DNA from: a virus
DNA length: 64,000 nucleotides
Strand: one strand, 5' to 3'
IMG/VR virus record: IMGVR_UViG_3300020411_001722
Coordinates: 1 to 64,000 of that record
Made by a program: the position numbers and the translations under genes. The notes beneath the pieces are model-generated. The model made no database searches and was not told the DNA's origin. It worked only from the letters and a program-made list of their open reading frames with translations. Position 1 is the first letter of the stretch. Each line of letters begins with the position of its first letter. Positions 1-9,000 of this stretch are shown here, piece by piece.

Positions 1-3000
1 TATCCAACGTTGGAAGAATCACTCATATCAAAGATATAATTATGATTCCTTGTTAGCATCAATGTAGGATGCTTGGTGTATATGTCTACTCTAGCAATAC
101 TTCCATTAACAAATGCTGGTTCAGCACTAGGGATAGCACGAGTAGTGAATGTGAAATCTCTAGATGAGAATACTTCCTTAACGAAGAATGAACCATTAAA
201 TTCATTAGTAGAGAATCCCTCAGTAAATAGAATATTACCAGCATCAAAATTGTGCCTTGAGTTAGCAACACAATAAACATCTTCAGTTCTTGTTTGACCA
301 CCAGTTGTTAATAGAATAGTCTTATCAAGAATTGCCTGAATTGTTACTTTCTTAATACTGTTGATATTATTAATCTGTAAAACAGTTGGTTCATCTACTT
401 TAGGATTAACTGTAATAGTTCCACCAAGACTTAGACTATCATTAACAATAGAATTAGAATCATGATAGATTTCATTAACTTGGATCTGATAATATGCTTC
501 AGCAGGATCAAATGTTTTAAATCTAGCGTAATTGCTAAGAGGATCAAATGTCTTCTGCCATTCCCAAGTTACAGTACCATCAGTTGCAGTACCAGTAGTA
601 TGTGTAGGAGCAACCTTAGAAGTACGACCACTTACTGTACACTTATAAAGTTGTCTACCATTATAAACTAGATCACCAATTTCATGTATAACTAACTGCT
701 TCCATGCTGGTTCTCTAGGAACAGGATATGCAGTATTAGCAAGGTCAAGTTCTAATGCATCAGTTGCATTACTTGTATAATCCCATGAAACACCACCATC
801 AGATTGATTACCAGTACTATGTGAAGGTCTATTTGGACCAGAAGTAGCATTTGTAGTAGCAGAGTAGAATTTACCATTTGCATATACAACATCTCCAGCA
901 GTGTATGCAGTGGCAGCCTTCCATTCCGCTTCTACACGTTCGGCCGTGAACACTATGTCGGAGATTACATTTGATGCAGTATCAGCAGCAGTAGTAGTTT
1001 TGAATTTGTCTGTAGTATTAAATGTTGCTCCTGCAGGATATATTTTACCAACCTTATATGTGTTTCCAAGACCAGGAGTTGCAATTTCACCTTCTGGTAC
1101 TTCTACGATAGTTCCAAATGCACCGACAACATCAGAATCATTATACTGTTGTAAGATAGTTCCCTTAGTAAATTTAACGTCCTGATTAAATACCATCTTT
1201 TGAACGCTATCAATCTTAGTATAAGAAGCGTCCTTCATATAATACTTCGGTGTAACAACAGGACTAATCTTTAACTTCTTACCACCTGGAGTTGGTACAG
1301 TAGAAGTCTTAGATCCATACACAAATGGATCATTATCAAAGGTATAAGTTCCAGGTGTGAGTTGACTATTTACATCAGAGTAATCAAGTATTTGTAATCC
1401 ACCAGGTCCAATTGTCCAATTGGTTACTACAGGTCCAGTAGTTGAGTTATATGTCCAATTTGTATCCTCAGCAATAATAGCAGAAGTATGATCACTCAAT
1501 CCACTTAAGGTATATGTTCCACGTTTTAAATGCTCTCTATCAAGTTTTACGAGTGCAATACTGTTGTTATTAGTACGTACAGCAATCTCTTCTGTAGGAA
1601 CAGTGAATGATGATCCAGTATACTGAGCAGTTGCATCTACAACAAAGTCATCAACATTACCAAGTAATGATGTAGTTGCAGTAGGAGTTAATAAACCTCC
1701 AACATATACATTATCTATTGGTATATCTGTAGTTGTAGACCACTGTCCAATCTGAGTACCATTACTAAAGACGGTATATGTGAAATTACCGAGAGTTGGT
1801 TCATCCTTAACAAAAGCAATATGAACCCAAGCATCAGCAGCAAAGTTAGTCCAAATAGTTGCACTAGCGGTCTCCATGACCTCTACACCAGCAGCAGCAA
1901 TTTTAACCTTACCGTAATCACCACTAGTCTGATCACCATCAATGAAAAGTCTTAATTCATTAGAAGGATTGGAAGCATCATTAGGTTCAGTGAAGAAGAA
2001 TGTTGGATAACTGTTAGCAGCAGTATGAATACTACTCTCAATTCTAAACCATGCTTGAAGTGTCCATTCCTTACCGTTTAAATTGAGGTCTGTAATACTA
2101 TAATGGTTTTCTGCTTGGAACTTAATTGAATCAGTACCAAACTTCTTAATAGTGCCATCAATAATAGCATTTGTTGCATTATAAAGAGATGCAGTACCAT
2201 TATTCTGTTTTGTTTGATCAAATACGTTAATTACACTTGCAATATTGAAGGTTATATCAGAATAACCATAATTACCAACTTGAGAATCAGTTACAGTAAG
2301 TACTTCACTAGCCTTGTAATTACGACCAGTTTTATTCATCTCAATAGTCGTTGCACCATTAGCAGCAACATTAACATTGATAGATGCATTAACACCAGAT
2401 CCACCAGCAGCACTAATATTTGTATACTGTATTGCCTGTAAAGTTGCAACGTCAAATGTTAGGTTAGCACCACCAAAGTTACCAATCTGAGCATCAGTTA
2501 CCGTGAATACATTACCTAATTGATGTTCTTGACCAGGATTAACAACTGTAATTGCTGATGCAGCACCACTACCATCAATTGTAATATTAAATGTAGCATT
2601 CTCACCATTACCATTACTTGTAGGTGCAACTCCGTTGTATTGATGACCTTGTATGGAAGCAACGTCCATAACAAGAGCACCAGCACCCTGTCCACCTAGA
2701 GTAGAATCCAATATTGTTACTTGATTTGATAAAGCAAAATTCTGTCCACGATTGGTTGCAGTCAATGTTGTGAAAGCACCCAAATTATCAATTACTACAT
2801 CAAATACAGCATTAATACCAGATCCATTAGTAGACCATGCAGTTATACCTGAATATGTAATTCCTTGAGTTCCAGTTACCTCAAATGTGAAGTTAGCAGC
2901 ACCACGATTACCAATACTAGCGTCAGCAATAGTGATAACTTCACCTACAGCATATCCACGACCAGCATTAGCAATTACAAGAGAAGTGATAGCACCACTG

Positions 3001-6000
3001 CTATCCACAGTAATATCGAATGTGCCACCAGCACCGTTACCAGTGGTACTAAGTGGAGCGACCCCATTGTATAGAGCACCACCAGATACAGTAGCAACAT
3101 TGCAAGTAATTGCAGCAGCACCATTATTACCAACATTGGCATCAGCGATAGTTAATGTGTCTCCAGCCTGATATCCATTTCCTGGGTTAGTAACGTTTAA
3201 ATTAGCAACAGAACCATCTGTATTAATCGTAACTTGGAACGTACATCCTGTACCACTACCGTTAGTAGAAGTTGGTACATTACTGTATAATGGAGGTGCC
3301 TTCAGAGTATTTACCTGGAAGTCTATATTTGCAGCACCGCTATTACCTAAATTACTATCTTGGATCTGTAATTGATCATCTTCTGCATAACCTAATCCAG
3401 CAGCAGTTGCAACAGCAAGTGTTACAGCACCATTGGCATCAATAGTGACATCAAAGGTTGCTCCACTACCATTACCAGTTGTTGAGGTTGCAGCAACACC
3501 ACTATATGTTTGAGGAGCAACGATTGTAGCAACATCACATGTTAGAGCAGGAGCACCGTTATTTCCTAAAACTGAGTCTGCAATTGTAATGGTATTATCT
3601 ACTGCATATGCCAAACCTCCGTTATTACCTACAGTTACAGCAGTTGCAGCACCAGAACCATCGATAGTAACATTCAATTTCAATGCATTGTTACCATTAC
3701 CAGAGTTGGTAGTAGCAACGTTATTGTACTGGAATCCACCCAATCCACTTACATCAAAAGTGACATTAGGTGCACCACTATTACCTATAGCAGAATCAGC
3801 AATTGAAAGTGTTTCTGTATTATAATATCCAATACCACCATCATTAATGACAAGTGATACATCACCTGTAGATGAAACGTTAACATCAAATGCTGCATTA
3901 TTACCTGTTGAAGCACCATCAGTACTTGTTGCAGAGACATTCGTATAAGAGAATCCACCAATAGATGCAACATCAAAAGTAACATCTGGTGCACCACCTC
4001 CACCTAACTGTGAGTCAGCAACAGTGATTGTTTCGTTTATAGCAAAGGATATACCACCATTAACGATGTTTATAACAGGTTGACCATTTGACTGAATGTC
4101 AATATTGAATACTGCAGTCTGACCATTTGCAGCACTTGACCATGTTACAGCATTATATTGACCAGGAGTACGAAGACCATTAGGACCACTAACATTACCA
4201 ATAGAAAGAATTTTACCACCACGTAATGTATTGGCAGCAGAAATATTACTCATTAGAGTAATTCTTCCACCTCTTCTCTGAGCAGCAGCACCAATTGTAT
4301 CAACTGTTCCTACAACTCCACCACGTAGAGGATCAGCAGCAGAAATATTATCTACTGTATTAACTGCACCACCACGAAGAGCATCAGCACCAGAAATATT
4401 ATTAACAGTTGAAACTGTACCTGCACGAAGTACTTCTGCTTGAGATTGATTACCAGTGGTTTGAATAACTCCACCACGACGTAGATCAGCACCAACACCA
4501 GTTGTTAGGTTACCAATATTTGTTGCTCTTTGTTGATCAGCACCAGAAATACTACCAACACTTGCAACACCAGCACCACGAGTAGCAGATGTACCAGTAA
4601 TTGTATCGATAGATGCAATAAATCCACCAGCACCAGTGTCAGTGGTACCATTAAACCTATAAGAAGCAACCTGATCTGATACTTGCTTATTGCTTATAGT
4701 AATTACGTCACCAGAGTTATCAATGACATGTGATTTTGCTTGTAGTCCAACTGTACCTACAGATTCAATGGTAGATTGCTTAATCATCGTACCATCAAAC
4801 TTGATGTAGTTTAAACCTACCTTACGATCATTTTCAGCATACTTAACATCAGTTATAAGAACAATATTTCCAAAAATGTCAATACCTATATCTGCATGCC
4901 TAATAGATTCGAAAGTTACACTAGGAGCAAGGATTCTATAGAAATCCCAAACAGGATTATTTGCATTAATTTGAGTTCTAGGAAGTTTTGCTAATCCAAC
5001 AGCAGAATTTTTCTGTGCAGCATTATTGTAGATATCCCAAACCAAATATAGATCATCATATTCATCAATTGTAAATCTAGGATTCTGAGGTCTTCCTCCA
5101 GATGGATTGATGTTTTTAACGTAATTAATCTCTATGTTACTACCATCAAACCAGAATTCACCTAGTAAGATATAGTAATCAGTCATATTCATACCAACGA
5201 ACTGATATGTAGAATTACCAAGATAATGAACTTGGTACATACGTTCGTCATCATCTTCAGAAGAGAATTTCCTCTTCTCTCTCATTTCACCATTCTCATT
5301 CAACTGAATGACCCACATATCATCTGGGTCAGGAGAATTGGTATCTGTATAACCACAAATATAAACACGCTCATCTTCACCAAGAGTAACACCCATTCCA
5401 TAATCACGACGTGTTACACCAGAAACACCAGCAATTTCCTTCTGGTACATTACTTGTCCTTCTGGACTATTAGCATTATCAAAACCAGACTCATACTTAA
5501 CTAAAAGGATATCTGGAGCAAAGTTTGCACTTACGTTATCATATTCAGTCTCACCAATAACATAGATGATATCATTCTCACCACGCTCATCCAAATACAT
5601 GTTATTGTAACGAGCAGTCTTAATTGTTCCTGAAATTGGTTCTAATGTACGATCCCAGATTAAATCACCCAAATCATCGAATTTTGCAATCCATGCAGAC
5701 TCAGTACCATCTGGTTTAGTTACAGAACCACAAACGTAGGTATAACGTAATGAACTTTGAATAGAATGCTTTACATTGAAACTAGAGGTTGATTCTTTAT
5801 ATTCATCAAAGAAATAACGAGTTTTCTTAAATACCTGTGGATGAGATACACGAATTTGTGGTGGATTAGCAGTACTGTAAGAATTACCAGAGTTGGTGAT
5901 ATTTACCTTATTTGCTTGTCCAGTTTGTGTAACATCAATACTAATAAGAGCATCCTGACCACTTTCAGCAATTAGTTCATATGTTGGTGGAATTTGCTCA

Positions 6001-9000
6001 TTATAACCAACACCAGTTTGAGATATTGCAATATCTTCAATACCCGAAACAACCTTAGTATAATACTTCTTATTTGTGTTATCTGGTATTACAGTTGAAG
6101 AAACGATAACTTCGTCACCTACACTTAGGTCATGGTTAGAAGTAGTAGTGATTTTACCGTAAACTATATCATCTTCAATTAATTTACTATATCCAAGTAT
6201 TGTAATACCTTCTACAGAAGAAACCTCTGCAGATGCACCAAAACCATCAGTTCCAGTATTATCAAAGAAAATAACGTCTTGAACCTGATATGATACACCA
6301 GGATTCTCAATAACGAATCCATCTATCTGTGCAGACTCAAATTTCGTAGTTGTTTCAACTTCGATGTCAACTCTAGACTCAGTAGAGACAGTTGGGAAAT
6401 AATCGTAAATTTGAAGGGTTGATTCTTCAGTAATTGGGATAGATTCCAATTGTTCGTTAGAATCGATCAATCCATCATTATTAGTATCCTGAATTTCAAG
6501 AATTATTGGATATCCCTCTAATTCGGTTGTTATAGTATCAGGTTCCTTATTAGGTGCACGATCAACGTCAATATCAACATTAGCGTATGGATCACGGTAA
6601 CGAACAACACCTGAAGGTATATTGTCCTGTGTTGCTTCCTGACTCAAGTTCCATGTGTCTGGTTGTGAGTAGAACTGTGGACCAAGGATATATGGGAACA
6701 ATGCAACACCAGAATTTGATTCATCGATGGTTACAAAGTAAGCATAGGTACCATCTGGGTAATCTGGTGTTTTACAGAAACGACCATTATAGATATCAAG
6801 ATCACCTAACTGGAAAGCATATTCATAGTCATCTACAAATGATCCTGCAGGATATGTACCTTCAGGAGCAGGTGACTGTTCAGCACCATTAACTATAGGA
6901 GGTAATGGAGGTCCATCACCACGAGTAGGTGTTGGGTTAGAATCAATCTCATAAACCAATGCATCCTTAAGTCTATATGAAGTACGTAGTCTTCTTAGAC
7001 CACTATTTTGATCTGTAGGATCAATATAACCATATGGACCATAAATTGGGTTTCCATCAAATGCCCATCCCAAAATTGGGGAATGTTCGTTATTTTGGGC
7101 AACTTCTTGGAAAGTATTAGTTTGTGGATCTAAGAATACGTTATCACCAACAACATAACGCAATTCCTTTGGATCTACTAAGTGAGCATACTCACCACCA
7201 AATTGGTTGTTATATCCAGTAAATACATAACCTCTAGCAAAATCATAGTTGGAAGATAGGTTATGTTGAAGGTTTTGAGTCCATTGGAAGACATTTGACT
7301 GGAATTCAGAATTTTCACCAACTGCTTCCAAACGAATAGTGGTTAATCCTTGAGTATAGTTAATACCCTTGTTTAAAATCTGAATAGTGGTAACTTTACC
7401 CTTATCTTCACCAATAGTACCAATAACTGCTTTAGCAACAGAACCAAAACCATCACCATTGATTACAACGTTAGGTGCAGTGGTATAACCGTTACCAGAG
7501 TTGATGATAGCGATAGATACGATTCTACCGTTAATAACAATAGGTTGTGCTAATGCACCTTCACCAGAATTTAATTTAACATCAGGAAGTGAAGTATATC
7601 CAGAACCACCACTAGAAAGAATTACAGATTGAATAGGACCACGAACTTGAGCAGTTGCAGTTGCACCAGTACCGTTACCACCTGTAATAGAGATTAGAGG
7701 TTGCGAAGTATATCCAGTGCCAGGTTGTTCAACAAGAACTCTACTTACTCGACCACCTGTAATGACTGCTTGTGCAGTAGCACCAGTTCCACCACCACCA
7801 ACGACAGATACAAGAGGTTGTGTTGTATAACCAGTTCCACCAGTGTCAACTTCAATACTAAACAGAGATCCGTTTACAACTACCTCTGCAGCAGCACCAG
7901 TTCCACCACCACCTGTTATTTCTAAATTTGGTTTGCTACCAGCATCATATCCAGTACCACCATTAAGAATTTCAATGCTAGTAATAGGACCATAACGTAC
8001 AAAAGTGCTAGACTTGTAAGACCAGATAGAAACACCGTTTACCCATGTTCCAATTGGAGAATTGGGAGCAATTGTCTCACGTTTTGATACTGTAGTAACA
8101 ACTCTAGGGAAACGTAGCAATTTACGCTGGTTTCCTGGAATTAATGCAGTTCCAGTGAAAGGACCAACCTTATAGTTAGGTAAACCAGTTGCAGCAACAT
8201 AAACGTACTCTTTATTAAAGAAAGTGTTCTGTACGTTTGATGTAAATGGAGTTACAGCAGTATTAATTGAAGAAATATCAGATTTACCTCTATTAAGGTC
8301 TACTGATAGTAAAATATTTCCCTGCGGAATAATATCCGTAGGAGCAAGCATTTGATAAGAGAATGTATAGTCATCTAGACGAGCAGTAACCTGAAAAGTA
8401 CCATTATAGACTGTTGGGTTAGCACCATAGACAGTAACAAGGTCTTCTACCAATAATCCGTGTGGATTGCTAGTTACAATGGTTGCAGTTTGATTATTGT
8501 CTCCACCAGGATTTACAGAGTCAACTCTAATTAGTTTTTTAACGTTATAGAGCCAAGAATCGAGTTTTTTGTCTGCTTCACTAGATCCAAGTGCAGCAAC
8601 AGTTAATTTATCACCTTCTAGGTAATATGAACCAGTATCATCAAGAAGTGTGCTTCCTGCTTCAGCAATACCTAAAATACGGAGTTTACATTCGGTTGGT
8701 AGACCTTTATTTACGTAAACATAGATTTCTGACTGAACAATTGTTCCTGGATCCCAATCTTCAACAATTGAGTTCTTAGAACGAGTACATTCGATAAATT
8801 GGTTCAAAGAACGCTCTTTATACTGTACTTGCTCAACATCGTTAAGTCTAATAGTACCATTTCTCTCTGGCCATCCAATTGTGGAGTCAACGGTAATAAT
8901 TTGATCAGTTTGACTTAAATATTCAACTAATTTCGTTTTATATGGAATTATGAAATTTCCAGTTAGTGTTTCTTCGGAAATCGCCAATTCATAGATTACA

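Noticed and set aside
2232-4622. Repeat block as CRISPR array, DGR template/variable repeat or shufflon
   Set aside because: Similarity is at protein level with diverged DNA. There are no identical repeat-spacer units, no adenine-specific variant pair, and no reverse transcriptase, cas or invertase in the window.
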